DNA of 64,000 nucleotides, taken from the NCBI GenBank assembly GCA_001029675.1, contig CP011210.1:581663-645662 (forward strand), given 5' to 3'. Positions 47,420 to 57,225 of the stretch are shown one piece after another. The position numbers and the translations under genes are program-made. The stretch's first letter is position 1. Each line of letters starts with the position of its first letter. This stretch comes from Candidatus Beckwithbacteria bacterium GW2011_GWC1_49_16. Its GTDB lineage: Bacteria > Patescibacteriota > Microgenomatia > UBA1400 > CG1-02-47-37. A model generated the notes under the pieces. The model saw only the letters and a program-made list of their open reading frames with translations. It was not told where the DNA came from and ran no database searches.

Positions 47420-48199
47420 ATGCGTAAAGACTACCTACCCGTGAATAAGCTCACGGCCAAAAAAACAGAGGCTAAATTCGTCGAAGATTTTTGGACCAAA
47501 AGGTGGCAAAAGCAAGCGCTCAAGTGGCAGGCCGCCAACATAGAGAACGAGGCCGAGTTTAAGGCTGTAAGTCGATACTTCAACCAACTGCCAAAGGGAG
47601 CTGGGATTTTGGACGGAGGTTGCGGCTTGGGGGTCTGGACTCGGTATTTTACCGACCGGGGTCATAAAACCGTGGGTTTGGATATCAGCCAAAAAACCAT
47701 TACCAGGTTAAAGCGAAACTTTCCCAAGTACAAATTTGTAGCCGGCGATATCCGCCGCCTGCCTTTTAAATCTGGCAGTTTTGATGCTTACTTTTCCTGG
47801 GGGACGTTTGAGCATTTTGAAGAGGGTCTGGGACTTTGCTTTGATGAAGCCTACCGGGTGCTTAAATCGGGCGGCCTGCTTTTGATTAGCGTCCCCTACT
47901 ATAACTTAAGACTGAGACTTAAAGACTCGTTGGTGCTGCCACCTGAAGGCAAAAAGATAAGATTTTACCAGTGGCGCTTGACTGCCAACGAGCTTAAAAG
48001 AGAGTTCTATATTCATGGCTTTAAAGTGGATACGGTCAGGCCGATTTACAAAGGCCACGGTTTATCCAGACTGGTGAAACATGATTTGGGGGTCGGACGG
48101 CAAAGTTTTCTTCACAAACCACTGATGGCGCTACTTTACCCTTTTATGCCGCCAGGCTTTGTGGCTCACATGCTGATCGCCGCCGCTTATAAACGGTAA
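47420..48199 (+). CDS. class I SAM-dependent methyltransferase
   Basis: ILDGGCGLGVW motif I. Confidence 0.65.
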   Translation: MRKDYLPVNKLTAKKTEAKFVEDFWTKRWQKQALKWQAANIENEAEFKAVSRYFNQLPKGAGILDGGCGLGVWTRYFTDRGHKTVGLDISQKTITRLKRNFPKYKFVAGDIRRLPFKSGSFDAYFSWGTFEHFEEGLGLCFDEAYRVLKSGGLLLISVPYYNLRLRLKDSLVLPPEGKKIRFYQWRLTANELKREFYIHGFKVDTVRPIYKGHGLSRLVKHDLGVGRQSFLHKPLMALLYPFMPPGFVAHMLIAAAYKR

Positions 48200-50391
48200 T
48201 CCCCTTCTTCTTCAAAGTCGATCTCGTTATCTATCAGCTGGTTGTCTTTGAAGATAAACTCTTTGCGGGGGAAAATTGGTTTTTTCAAGTAAGAAGCCAA
48301 GCCGATGTGGTTGTCGCTAATGGTATTGCCGCTGATTTCCGGCTGGCTTGAGTCTTTAACTGCTATACCCATGTTGCAGTTTTTGAAGGTGTTGCCGGTA
48401 ACTTTGGGGCTGGCGGTTTCACCTAAAGACAAACATTTGTCGCCGGCACCGTCAACCAGGTTGCCGGTTATATCGGGGGAGGCCGAACCAAAATCCATGC
48501 CGTCGTTGCCGTTTGATAAAAATCTGTTGCCGGCAACCAGTCCGGTGGCAAAATCGAGATCCAAACCGTCAAAATCGTTGTCGGCAAAAATATTGTTGCT
48601 AATGCTGACGTCGGCGTACTTGACGTTTAGGCCGTCGTCGCCGCGGTTGAAGCGAAAAGTGCTGCCGCTGACTACAATATTGTCGGCGCCATGGGCAGCC
48701 AAAGCGCCGCTAAAGTAAGCGCCGTTGACTATGGCCTCGCTGCCGTACTCGACCGTTACCCCGTTAAAGCTACTGCCGTTGGCTGACTCTCCCAAAACGG
48801 CAAAAACGCCCCAAGGTTTGTCTGGGTCTTGGGTGGTTAAAGTGGCCCCATTGGCGGTGACCGGGCTCAAGCTGACAAACGAGGCTCCCTCGGCAAAAGA
48901 CAGTCTGGCGCCGGGCAGAAGCCTAACCTGGTAGCCGGGAGGAATAACTCTGGTTTGATTGATTAAATGGGTGCCGGGGCCGAAAGTGAGTTGCTTAGGC
49001 GTCAAAAACAGCTGGTCAAAATCCGCAAACTCTGACTCGATGACGCTTTTGGCCGGGTCGGCGACGTCGATTGGCTCTGTAACCGGCAAAGGAAAACCGC
49101 TGACTTCATCGGGAAGGCTGTCTGAGTCAAGTTTTTGTTGAATTAATTGAAACTGGCTAATTAACTCTCGGCGGGTTTTTTCAAGCTGGCGCAAATAGCC
49201 GATGTTGGAGAAAAACTTTTTATAATCCTGAAAGACGGCGGTTTTGGTTTGGGCTGCCAGTTGGTCGTAGTATGCCAAATCATCTGCCAGGTTATCGGGA
49301 TTGTTGACATAAGCCGCCAAGATCTGGTTTCTTTTTGCCAGCCAGTCGGGATTTTTTAACACCCGGGAAGCTAAAGGATGATAGTTGGCCGGCCAACCCA
49401 CTCCCCCCAAGACGTCCCAGGGCATAACCATAAATTTGCCCAGGGCCGGATGCCAATATAAACGAAAATTGTGTAAGTGATCTTGATGGATGCTGCCCAT
49501 GAGTACCGAGTGCGCCTGCCAGGCAATAAAGTTATCGATATCCAAAATATAAGGCAAGCGGGTAAAAAACTCCTCGTCGGAAACGTTATTTAACAAATCT
49601 AAAAGCAAACTCAACTCGGTGTAGTTATCCTCGGCAAAAACTTCGTCCTGGCTGTACTTGCGCCAGAACTTTAAAGAAGCAAAGATGGGTTGTTGTTCCG
49701 CCAGCCTTACTTCCTGGTCGATTTCACCATAGAGATTGCCAATCGGCAAGTCGTTTTTTTCCAGAAAAGCCTCGTTCCACTGCTCGGTTTGCCAATAAAC
49801 TCCTTCGGTTTGGCCGTTAACTTTTAAAACCACGAATCGACTTTCGGGCACAATCAGCCCCATTTTTTTAGCCCGGTAGTTTGATAGTTCCTCAAGATAC
49901 ATGCCCCGATCTTCAGGGATAATCAAGTTAATGGCCGTCTGGCCAAAAAAAGGCTGGCCAGAACCAAAGTTAACTCGCCAAGATTTTTTGGGCCTGGTCC
50001 AGTGATCAAAATCGACGCCGCGGTAGCGCACTCTAACTTGATACTGTCTCCCCTCAAAATCGAAGCTGGCGGGGACAAACTGTTTGAACTTGTCGGCCAG
50101 AATGCCGCCGGTGGCCTTGGGGTCAGGCAGGTTGCGGTTCAAAAAAACATAGTCGTCCGGATTGAGAGTCAGTTCATAAACCGGCAACCCTGATGATTTA
50201 AACCAATAAGGCAAATAGAAAACGTCGGTCAATTTGGTTAAATAGGTGACGACGTTAGTTTGCCAACCAAAAGCGGTGGGGTTGTGGATTTTAATTAAAT
50301 AGATCAAACCCACAACGAGAATAATTGCTGTATACAAGAACAGTTTAAATCTATTTTTCATAGAAGCTAATTCCCCACTGTCGGCGTTCAA
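48187..50391 (-). CDS. CotH kinase-fold domain fused to C-terminal parallel beta-helix (PbH1) repeats; N-terminal TM anchor
   Basis: 734 aa. EGVYWQTEQWNEAFLEKNDL and HQDHLHNFRLYWHPALGKFMVMPWD (CotH). C-terminal repeats ...NGNDGMDFG...GNTFKNCNMGIAV...GNTISDNHIGLA. Confidence 0.75.
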   Translation of the reverse strand: MNADSGELASMKNRFKLFLYTAIILVVGLIYLIKIHNPTAFGWQTNVVTYLTKLTDVFYLPYWFKSSGLPVYELTLNPDDYVFLNRNLPDPKATGGILADKFKQFVPASFDFEGRQYQVRVRYRGVDFDHWTRPKKSWRVNFGSGQPFFGQTAINLIIPEDRGMYLEELSNYRAKKMGLIVPESRFVVLKVNGQTEGVYWQTEQWNEAFLEKNDLPIGNLYGEIDQEVRLAEQQPIFASLKFWRKYSQDEVFAEDNYTELSLLLDLLNNVSDEEFFTRLPYILDIDNFIAWQAHSVLMGSIHQDHLHNFRLYWHPALGKFMVMPWDVLGGVGWPANYHPLASRVLKNPDWLAKRNQILAAYVNNPDNLADDLAYYDQLAAQTKTAVFQDYKKFFSNIGYLRQLEKTRRELISQFQLIQQKLDSDSLPDEVSGFPLPVTEPIDVADPAKSVIESEFADFDQLFLTPKQLTFGPGTHLINQTRVIPPGYQVRLLPGARLSFAEGASFVSLSPVTANGATLTTQDPDKPWGVFAVLGESANGSSFNGVTVEYGSEAIVNGAYFSGALAAHGADNIVVSGSTFRFNRGDDGLNVKYADVSISNNIFADNDFDGLDLDFATGLVAGNRFLSNGNDGMDFGSASPDITGNLVDGAGDKCLSLGETASPKVTGNTFKNCNMGIAVKDSSQPEISGNTISDNHIGLASYLKKPIFPRKEFIFKDNQLIDNEIDFEEEGDYRL

Positions 50392-51391
50392 AAAAGTGAG
50401 CCAAAATTATAGCAATTAGATTAGAACAGATGAAAGAAAAAATAACAAGATTTAAAGCCTTGGCTGAATTGATAAAAAGAAGAATAAAGGCATTGACGGT
50501 GTAATGAGTCAAATAAAGAGTTAAAGAATAACCGGAAAGCCAACGGAAAAGCTTATTTAGACTGAAACTGGTTTTGACTACTCTTGATTGCAGGCCGGCA
50601 ATGATAAAATAAAATCCCAGTGCTAAGAGAATAAAAAAAGTTAGTTCATATTCTACTTTGGTTTGCCAAACACGGCGCATGGCCAGCAGCCAAAAAATAA
50701 TTCCGCTTGGATACGCAATGATGGATTTTAATTTACTAAAAGTGTTTTTTGATAAAATGAAGAAAATAAGTACGCCCAAGAGCCAAACAGCCACTAAGCC
50801 CTTGCCTCTGCCAGCAAAAAGACTATAGATAGGAATAATACTAAAAAAAGTCAGGACAAGAAAAAAAATCAGTGGTTGTTTTTTAATCACTTTTGGGGCG
50901 AGAGTAAGCCAGCCGAAGCTTAAATAGGCCCACCACAATAAAGGCAACGCCCAAAAAGGTCTTCCAGAACCAAGGGAAATCGAAGGAAAATATTGAAGCA
51001 TCAGAAGATTAGTTATTAATGTTTTGAGATTAAAAGCCTGGGCGTAACGGTAAACTTCCGGATGAAAGACAATTGACAACCCGTCTAGGATAATCACTAA
51101 AATAATTGCTGGTAAAAAAACAGAGTAAATTCTGAAAAACCTATGGGCAAAAAAGTTGGCGAATCGATAATCACCGACTTGTTTTTTTGAGAAAGTGCTA
51201 AGAGGAATTAGCAAACCAGAGATGAGAAAAAAGAATACTACAGCAATGTTTTCTACATAAGGCAGATTGGGGGGAGCTAGATAAAGATATTGCTGGTGAG
51301 AGTGGATTAAGTGTCCAAAAAGAACTGCTTGGGCAGCTAAAAAACGTAAAAAATATAAGAAGGTTGAGGCGGCCGGTGAAAGTGTCAACAT
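50351..51391 (-). CDS. acyltransferase family 3 (membrane O-acyltransferase)
   Basis: 346 aa with about 10 TM helices and the N-terminal FLRFLAAQAVLFGH (R...H) AT3 motif. Confidence 0.6.
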   Translation of the reverse strand: MLTLSPAASTFLYFLRFLAAQAVLFGHLIHSHQQYLYLAPPNLPYVENIAVVFFFLISGLLIPLSTFSKKQVGDYRFANFFAHRFFRIYSVFLPAIILVIILDGLSIVFHPEVYRYAQAFNLKTLITNLLMLQYFPSISLGSGRPFWALPLLWWAYLSFGWLTLAPKVIKKQPLIFFLVLTFFSIIPIYSLFAGRGKGLVAVWLLGVLIFFILSKNTFSKLKSIIAYPSGIIFWLLAMRRVWQTKVEYELTFFILLALGFYFIIAGLQSRVVKTSFSLNKLFRWLSGYSLTLYLTHYTVNAFILLFINSAKALNLVIFSFICSNLIAIILAHFFERRQWGISFYEK

Positions 51392-51412
51392 GTTTGATTA
51401 AGTGATACAATA

Positions 51413-52471
51413 ATGACAATTATAATGAAAGTGCAGGAAAAAATCTTAAAAATTATGGCGGAACACCCTACGTTTATCATCGCCGAGGCGGGATCCAACC
51501 ACAACGGCGACGTCACCCAAGCGGTCAAACTGATCAGGGCCGCGGCTGACGCGGGGGCTGACGCGGTTAAGTTTCAAACTTTTACTGCTGGGCAGTTAAC
51601 GACAAAAAGTGGGCCGAGCGCTTCCTATCAAATAAAAAACACTAAAATAAAAAGCCAGTGGCAATTGCTTCGCTCAATCGAGTTAGATTATAAATGGTAC
51701 AACAAGCTAGTAAAACTCGCCAAAAAGTTGGGCATTATTTTTTTGTCTACCCCGCATGGATATATAGAGTCTGTGAATTTTTTAAAGGATAAAGTGCCCG
51801 CTTGGAAGACAGGTTCTGGGGACTTAACCAATCTTCCACTATTAAAATACTTAGGTGAGTCTGGCAAACCGATAATTTTGTCGACCGGGATGGCGACCGT
51901 CGCCGAGACCAGAGAAGCGGTTAAGACCATTGAAAAGACCGGCAACAGAAAAATTACCATTCTTCACTGCACCACTAACTACCCTTGTCCGCCTGAAGAA
52001 GCCAACGTGGCGGCGATTATGGATCTTAAAAAAAATTTCCCCCGCTACCGGATCGGCTTTTCTGACCACACCCTGGGGATGACGGCGGCGATCATGGCGG
52101 TGGCTTATGGGGCGGCGGCAGTGGAAAAACACCTCACCCTGGACAGAAACTTGCCCGGGCCGGACCAGAAAAACTCGCTTGAACCCGACGAGTTTAAACA
52201 AATGGTGAAGCAAATTAGGTTGGCAGAAGTTTTACGCGGCAGCGGCAAGAAAAGGCCTTTCCCCAGCGAGCTGATTATCGCCCAAATGGCCAGAAAAGCG
52301 GTGATCGCCGCGGTAGACATTACCAAAGGCACCAAGATCACCGCAGCGATGCTGACGATAAAAAGGCCGGCCAAAGGCGGTTTGGCGCCAAAGATGCTCG
52401 ATAACATCGTGGGCAAAACGGCCAAACGAAGCATCAAGGCTGACTCACAACTGAAAAAAGGTGATTTTTGA
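51413..52471 (+). CDS. nonulosonic acid synthase (NeuB/LegI/PseI family, with C-terminal SAF domain)
   Basis: FIIAEAGSNHNGD signature of N-acetylneuraminate-synthase-family enzymes. Confidence 0.85.
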   Translation: MTIIMKVQEKILKIMAEHPTFIIAEAGSNHNGDVTQAVKLIRAAADAGADAVKFQTFTAGQLTTKSGPSASYQIKNTKIKSQWQLLRSIELDYKWYNKLVKLAKKLGIIFLSTPHGYIESVNFLKDKVPAWKTGSGDLTNLPLLKYLGESGKPIILSTGMATVAETREAVKTIEKTGNRKITILHCTTNYPCPPEEANVAAIMDLKKNFPRYRIGFSDHTLGMTAAIMAVAYGAAAVEKHLTLDRNLPGPDQKNSLEPDEFKQMVKQIRLAEVLRGSGKKRPFPSELIIAQMARKAVIAAVDITKGTKITAAMLTIKRPAKGGLAPKMLDNIVGKTAKRSIKADSQLKKGDF

Positions 52472-53541
52472 TGGTAGGGGGGAATTTTGCATTTGAGTTT
52501 GCGGCTCTTGCCAGGAAAGAAGTAAGGTTAAACCTGCCACAAACCTCAAGCTATTGGTTTCAGAACGGCCGAGGAGCAATTGCCGGGTTAATTAAACTTT
52601 TAAAGCTTAAACCAGGAGACGAGGTGTTGGTGCCTGAATACCACTGCGAAGAAGTGACCAAGCCTTTTTTCAACCGAGGGATTAAATGTAACTACTACCG
52701 GATTGATAAAAACCTAAGCATAAGGCTAAAAGAGATCAAAAAACAGGTGAGTGATAAAACCCGTCTGGTGGTGGTGATTACTTTTATGGGTTTTCCCCAA
52801 GAAGAAAGGGAGGAAATTGTTAAGTGGTGTCAGAAAAATAAGCTGGCGCTTTTGGAGGATAACGTGCCTATCGCCCGGGATAAAATCTCGCCCCGCCCGG
52901 GGGCCTTCCAGATATACAGCTTCAGAAAACACACCGGAGTGGTCGGTGGAGCGGTCTTAGTTTTACCCCGCGGCAAAAAGAAAAGTGACTATCCAACCTT
53001 AGAATTTTTGCCGGCTAAAGCCACTGCGGAAATATTTCAGCTAGCGGCAGCGATGTCCAGGTTTTTATCGCAAGTGATACCAATAAAGATTTTGTGGCTT
53101 GTCACCTACAAGCTTCACCGGCTGGGTGAAGATTTGCTGGACGATGAGATCAGAGGCGCTTCGAAGTTGTCGAGGTTTTTAATCATAAGAGCTGGCTGGC
53201 AGAAAATAATACAGAAGAGACAGGCCAATAGCGGCTATTTAACCGAAAGGCTTATAAAAGCCGGGCTAAAGCCTTTGATTAAAAAAGTGCCCCCCAAGGC
53301 GACGCCTTTGATGTTGCCGGTGGTGATCGACAACCCGGAAAGAGTCAAACAAAAATTGAGAACTCGGGGTTTATTTGTAACTCAGTTCTGGCACCTACCT
53401 AAGTACTTGAATAAAAGGTTGGCGCCGACGGCAGACTGGATTACCAAGCATGTAATTTACTTAACCGTCGACCAAAGATACGGGGAAAAAGAGATGGAAC
53501 TCCAGGCAGTAACCTTGGCTCGTGTTAAAATAAACCCATGA
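52468..53541 (+). CDS. divergent DegT-like PLP-fold protein; function unknown
   Basis: LKPGDEVLVPEYHCEEV...LALLEDN...IYSFRKHTGVVGG parallels the DegT fold topology but is degenerate. Confidence 0.4.
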   Translation: MMVGGNFAFEFAALARKEVRLNLPQTSSYWFQNGRGAIAGLIKLLKLKPGDEVLVPEYHCEEVTKPFFNRGIKCNYYRIDKNLSIRLKEIKKQVSDKTRLVVVITFMGFPQEEREEIVKWCQKNKLALLEDNVPIARDKISPRPGAFQIYSFRKHTGVVGGAVLVLPRGKKKSDYPTLEFLPAKATAEIFQLAAAMSRFLSQVIPIKILWLVTYKLHRLGEDLLDDEIRGASKLSRFLIIRAGWQKIIQKRQANSGYLTERLIKAGLKPLIKKVPPKATPLMLPVVIDNPERVKQKLRTRGLFVTQFWHLPKYLNKRLAPTADWITKHVIYLTVDQRYGEKEMELQAVTLARVKINP

Positions 53542-54596
53542 GGCTGGCTTATCTTAGCGGGACCAGGGCCGATTTTGGTTTGATGAGGACCCTTTTGAAA
53601 AAAATAGAAAAAGAGTCCAAATGGCAGCTTAAGCTGATGGTGACGGGGATGCATCTGATGGATGAGTTTGGCTATACCGTTTCTGAAGTGGATAAACAGT
53701 TTAAGGTAGCCCGGGTAATCGAGGCGGTTTTTACTAAAGACGATCGGGAGTCTATGGCCCGGTTTGTGGGCCGGTGTTTGACCGGAGTGACCGAGGCTTT
53801 GATTAAACACCAGGCTGACGTGGTGATAGTTTTGGGTGATCGGGGCGAACAACTGGCCATGGCGACAGCGGCGGCCTACCTTAATATACCCATCGTCCAC
53901 CTTCATGGCGGGGAGGAAACGACGACGGTGGACAACAAAGCCAGAAAGACCATTAGCCAACTAACAGACTGGCACTTGCCGGCAAGCCAAGGGGCGGCCA
54001 AAAGGCTGACCGCCATGGGGGTAGATAAAAAGAAAATTACCGTGGTCGGGGCGCCGGGACTGGACGAAATCAGACACCTGCCTCAGGCGGGGAAAAAAGA
54101 CCTGATCGTGGTGCTTGAGCATCCGGACGAAAACGAAGCCCAAGCCGGAGAACAGGTAGAAAAGACGCTCTCGGCGGCGGTAAGCTTTGGTTTACCGGTA
54201 AAAGTGATTTACCCTAACGCCGACGCCGGCGGCAGAAAAATGATTGTGGTAATAGAAAAATTTGTAGCCAAATACCCAAACTTGGTTAAAAGTTATAAAA
54301 GCATCACCAGGGAAGACTACCTTAAGCTTTTGGGGCAGGCGAAGGTCTTGGTGGGCAATAGTTCCAGCGGCTTGATCGAATCCCCGGCTTTTAGGCTGCC
54401 AGTGGTCAACGTCGGCCCGAGGCAAAAAGGCCGGGAGCGGGCCAAAAACGTCATCGACGCGGGGTATGACCAAAAGGAAATCAAGGCGGCGGTCAACAAA
54501 GCTTTGAAAATGAAGTTTAAACAGATTACCAACCCTTATGGCGACGGTAAAACTGCCCAAAGGGTGGTAAAATTTCTTAATCAGACCTTTTTATGA
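53538..54596 (+). CDS. UDP-N-acetylglucosamine 2-epimerase (hydrolysing), NeuC/LegG-like
   Basis: LAYLSGTRADFGLMRTLLKK...LKLMVTGMHL matches NeuC-family N-termini. Confidence 0.8.
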   Translation: MRLAYLSGTRADFGLMRTLLKKIEKESKWQLKLMVTGMHLMDEFGYTVSEVDKQFKVARVIEAVFTKDDRESMARFVGRCLTGVTEALIKHQADVVIVLGDRGEQLAMATAAAYLNIPIVHLHGGEETTTVDNKARKTISQLTDWHLPASQGAAKRLTAMGVDKKKITVVGAPGLDEIRHLPQAGKKDLIVVLEHPDENEAQAGEQVEKTLSAAVSFGLPVKVIYPNADAGGRKMIVVIEKFVAKYPNLVKSYKSITREDYLKLLGQAKVLVGNSSSGLIESPAFRLPVVNVGPRQKGRERAKNVIDAGYDQKEIKAAVNKALKMKFKQITNPYGDGKTAQRVVKFLNQTFL

Positions 54597-54991
54597 GTCG
54601 ATTTAATAATTGGCAAGAACCAGAGTTTGACGCTCGCGGCATGACCCGCTGGCAATGGATTTGCCAGCATCACCAGAATTTAAAGCTGGGGGAAGGTAGC
54701 GACATTGGCGCTTTTAGCTACTTAAACGCCAAGCACGGGGTGGAGATTGGCGAAGAGGTGCAGATCGGCAGCCACGTCAGCATTTATTCGGAAAATACCA
54801 TCGATAATACCCATGGTAGAGTGGTGATTAAAAAGGGTGCCAAGATCGGCAGCCACTCGGTGATTTTCCCCGGAGTGACCATCGGCGAGAAAGCGGTGGT
54901 GGGGGCATTTAGTTTGGTCAAAAAAGACGTGCCCGCCGGGGCGGTAGTGGCCGGAGTGACGGCTAAGCCGCTTGAGCGGCGTAACCGGTAA
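54593..54991 (+). CDS. hexapeptide-repeat N-acetyltransferase (LegH/PglD-like)
   Basis: 132 aa; LbH repeats (IGEEVQIGSHVSI, IGSHSVIFPGVTIGEKAVVGA). Confidence 0.7.
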   Translation: MSRFNNWQEPEFDARGMTRWQWICQHHQNLKLGEGSDIGAFSYLNAKHGVEIGEEVQIGSHVSIYSENTIDNTHGRVVIKKGAKIGSHSVIFPGVTIGEKAVVGAFSLVKKDVPAGAVVAGVTAKPLERRNR

Positions 54992-55015
54992 ACAGTAATC
55001 GGTAATCAGTAATGA
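54988..55015. repeat. tandem heptanucleotide repeat (GTAAnCn) x4, ending in the ATG of the gene at 55012
   Basis: gtaaaca gtaatcg gtaatca gtaatga. Confidence 0.7.
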
Positions 55016-56151
55016 AACAACGAATCAATCAAATACCCAAAAAGCAGATTTTACTCGGGCCGCCGTATTTGACCGGCGACGAAGTTAAGGCGGTGGTAGG
55101 AGTAATTAAAAGCGGCCAATTGAGCTTGGGCGAACAAGTAGAAAAGTTTGAGAAAGAAGTGGCTCGATTCGTCGGTGCCCGCTACGGGGTGGCTACTTCC
55201 AGCGGCACCACCGCCTTGCATTTGGCGGTCAAGGTGGCCGGCATAGGTTACGGCGACGAAGTGATTACCACGCCGTTTTCTTTTGTGGCCTCGACTAACT
55301 GCTTTTTGTATGAAGGGGCTACCCCAAAGTTTGTCGATATCGATCCGGACAGCTTTAACCTTGACCCAAAAAAAATTGAGGCGGCGGTAACCCGCAAAAC
55401 CCGCGCCATTTTAGGGGTGGATATTTTCGGCTATCCGGCAGAATGGAAGAAAATAGCCCAAATCGCCAAGAAACACCGGCTTAAAATAATTGACGACGCG
55501 GCCGAGGCTTTGGGGGCGGTCTACCGCGGCAAAAGCTTAGGCAGTTTGGGCTGGCCGACGGTGTTTGCCTTTTATCCTAATAAGCAGATGACTACCGGCG
55601 AAGGGGGCATGGTGGTGACCAACTCCAAAGCAGAGTTTATTAAGTTTAAAAGCTTGGTCAACCAAGGCAGAGCGGGTGATATGCAGTGGCTAAAGCATCC
55701 CAGCCTGGGATATAACTACCGCATGACCGAGGTGGCGGCGGCCATGGGCAGAGCCCAGCTTAAAAAACTTAAACAATTTTTAGCCAGCCGCCGCCAAGTG
55801 GCTGTTTGGTACGGCCAAAGACTGGCCAAAGTTCCGGGGGTAAATTTAATTAAAGCCAATGATAAGCAACACGTCAGAAGCTGGTTTATTTATGTGATCA
55901 GACTTGACAAAAAGTTGAACCGCGACCGGGTAATAAAAAAATTATTGGCGGCGGGCGTACCGGCCAAAGCCTACCTGCCCTCGATTCACCTTCAGCCCTA
56001 TATGAGACGTTTTGGCTACAAGCGGGGCGACTTTCCGGTGAGTGAGGCGGTATCGGCCTCAACTCTGTCACTGCCTTTTTATACAGGCATGGAAGAGGCG
56101 GTAGTAGATCGCGTTTGTGAAAAATTAAAAAAAGTAATCGGTAAACTGTAA
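55012..56151 (+). CDS. DegT-family PLP-dependent sugar aminotransferase (LegC/PseC-like)
   Basis: AFYPNKQMTTGEGGM PLP-lysine motif. Confidence 0.8.
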   Translation: MKQRINQIPKKQILLGPPYLTGDEVKAVVGVIKSGQLSLGEQVEKFEKEVARFVGARYGVATSSGTTALHLAVKVAGIGYGDEVITTPFSFVASTNCFLYEGATPKFVDIDPDSFNLDPKKIEAAVTRKTRAILGVDIFGYPAEWKKIAQIAKKHRLKIIDDAAEALGAVYRGKSLGSLGWPTVFAFYPNKQMTTGEGGMVVTNSKAEFIKFKSLVNQGRAGDMQWLKHPSLGYNYRMTEVAAAMGRAQLKKLKQFLASRRQVAVWYGQRLAKVPGVNLIKANDKQHVRSWFIYVIRLDKKLNRDRVIKKLLAAGVPAKAYLPSIHLQPYMRRFGYKRGDFPVSEAVSASTLSLPFYTGMEEAVVDRVCEKLKKVIGKL

Positions 56152-56168
56152 TCAGTAAACCGTAATTA
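56134..56168. repeat. tandem heptanucleotide repeat (GTAAnCn) x5, followed by degenerate copies up to ATG 56185
   Basis: gtaatcg gtaaact gtaatca gtaaacc gtaatta. Confidence 0.7.
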
Positions 56169-56184
56169 TTGTAGAATAGTAATT

Positions 56185-57225
56185 ATGAAGCACAAGGCGA
56201 TTGATAATAAAAGCATTCTAGTCACCGGAGGAGTGGGTTCGATCGGAGCGGTGCTGGTTGACCAGTTGATAAACGAGTTTTCGCCCAAGCAGGTGAGAAT
56301 TCTCGACAACAACGAAGCCGGACTTTTTGAAGCGACTCGAAAGTACCAAAAAAAGTCCCAAATGAGGTTTATGCTGGGGGATGTCAGAGATAAAGACCGG
56401 GTGACTTGGGCCTTAAAAGGGGCCGATACGGTTTTTCACGCAGCCGCTTTAAAGCATGTCGCCTTAAATGAGTATTCCCCTTTTGAGTCAGTTAAAACTA
56501 ATGTAGTTGGCACGCAAAACCTAATTGAAGCGGCTTTGAGTAATAACATAGAAACATTTATAAATATATCCACCGATAAAGCCGCCAATCCAACCAGCAC
56601 CATGGGGGCTTCAAAGTTACTAGCGGAAAGGCTGACGTCCGGAGCTGATTATTTTAAGGGCGGCGGCAGAACGGTGTTTGCTTCGGTGAGATTCGGTAAT
56701 GTACTGAATTCTTCCGGGTCGGTGATCCCGATCTTTTTGGACCAAATCAAAAATGGCGGACCGGTAACCATCACTGATAAGAGAATGATTCGGTATTTTA
56801 TGAGCATCAAAGAAGCAGTTAAGTTGATTTTAAAAGCGGCCGAGATGGCCCGCGGCGGCGAGGTGTTTATTTTGAAAATGCCGGCTTTGAAAATTTTGGA
56901 CTTGGCTCAAGTTTTAATTGAAAAGGTGGGTAAGGGAAAAGTAAAAATAAGCGCAATCGGTCAAAAACCGGGCGAAAAACTGTTTGAAAAAATCGTCACC
57001 CGTACCGAGGCAGAACAAACCATGGAGCTTGAAGACATGTATGTTTTACCTCTATCAATCGATTATCCTAATTATCCGGGAATGAGCGGAGACGTAGTCA
57101 AGGAAAGTTATCGATATTACCGAAAACTGGGGGGTAAGAGTGTCCCCGAAGAAGGGGTTGAGCCCAAAAAACTGCTGACTAAAGCAGAAATAGTTAAGTT
57201 GTTAGTTCAGGACAACTTACTGTGA
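56185..57225 (+). CDS. nucleotide-sugar 4,6-dehydratase (PseB/LegB/CapD family)
   Basis: ILVTGGVGSIGAVLVDQL. Polysaccharide-biosynthesis CapD-type short SDR. Confidence 0.75.
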   Translation: MKHKAIDNKSILVTGGVGSIGAVLVDQLINEFSPKQVRILDNNEAGLFEATRKYQKKSQMRFMLGDVRDKDRVTWALKGADTVFHAAALKHVALNEYSPFESVKTNVVGTQNLIEAALSNNIETFINISTDKAANPTSTMGASKLLAERLTSGADYFKGGGRTVFASVRFGNVLNSSGSVIPIFLDQIKNGGPVTITDKRMIRYFMSIKEAVKLILKAAEMARGGEVFILKMPALKILDLAQVLIEKVGKGKVKISAIGQKPGEKLFEKIVTRTEAEQTMELEDMYVLPLSIDYPNYPGMSGDVVKESYRYYRKLGGKSVPEEGVEPKKLLTKAEIVKLLVQDNLL

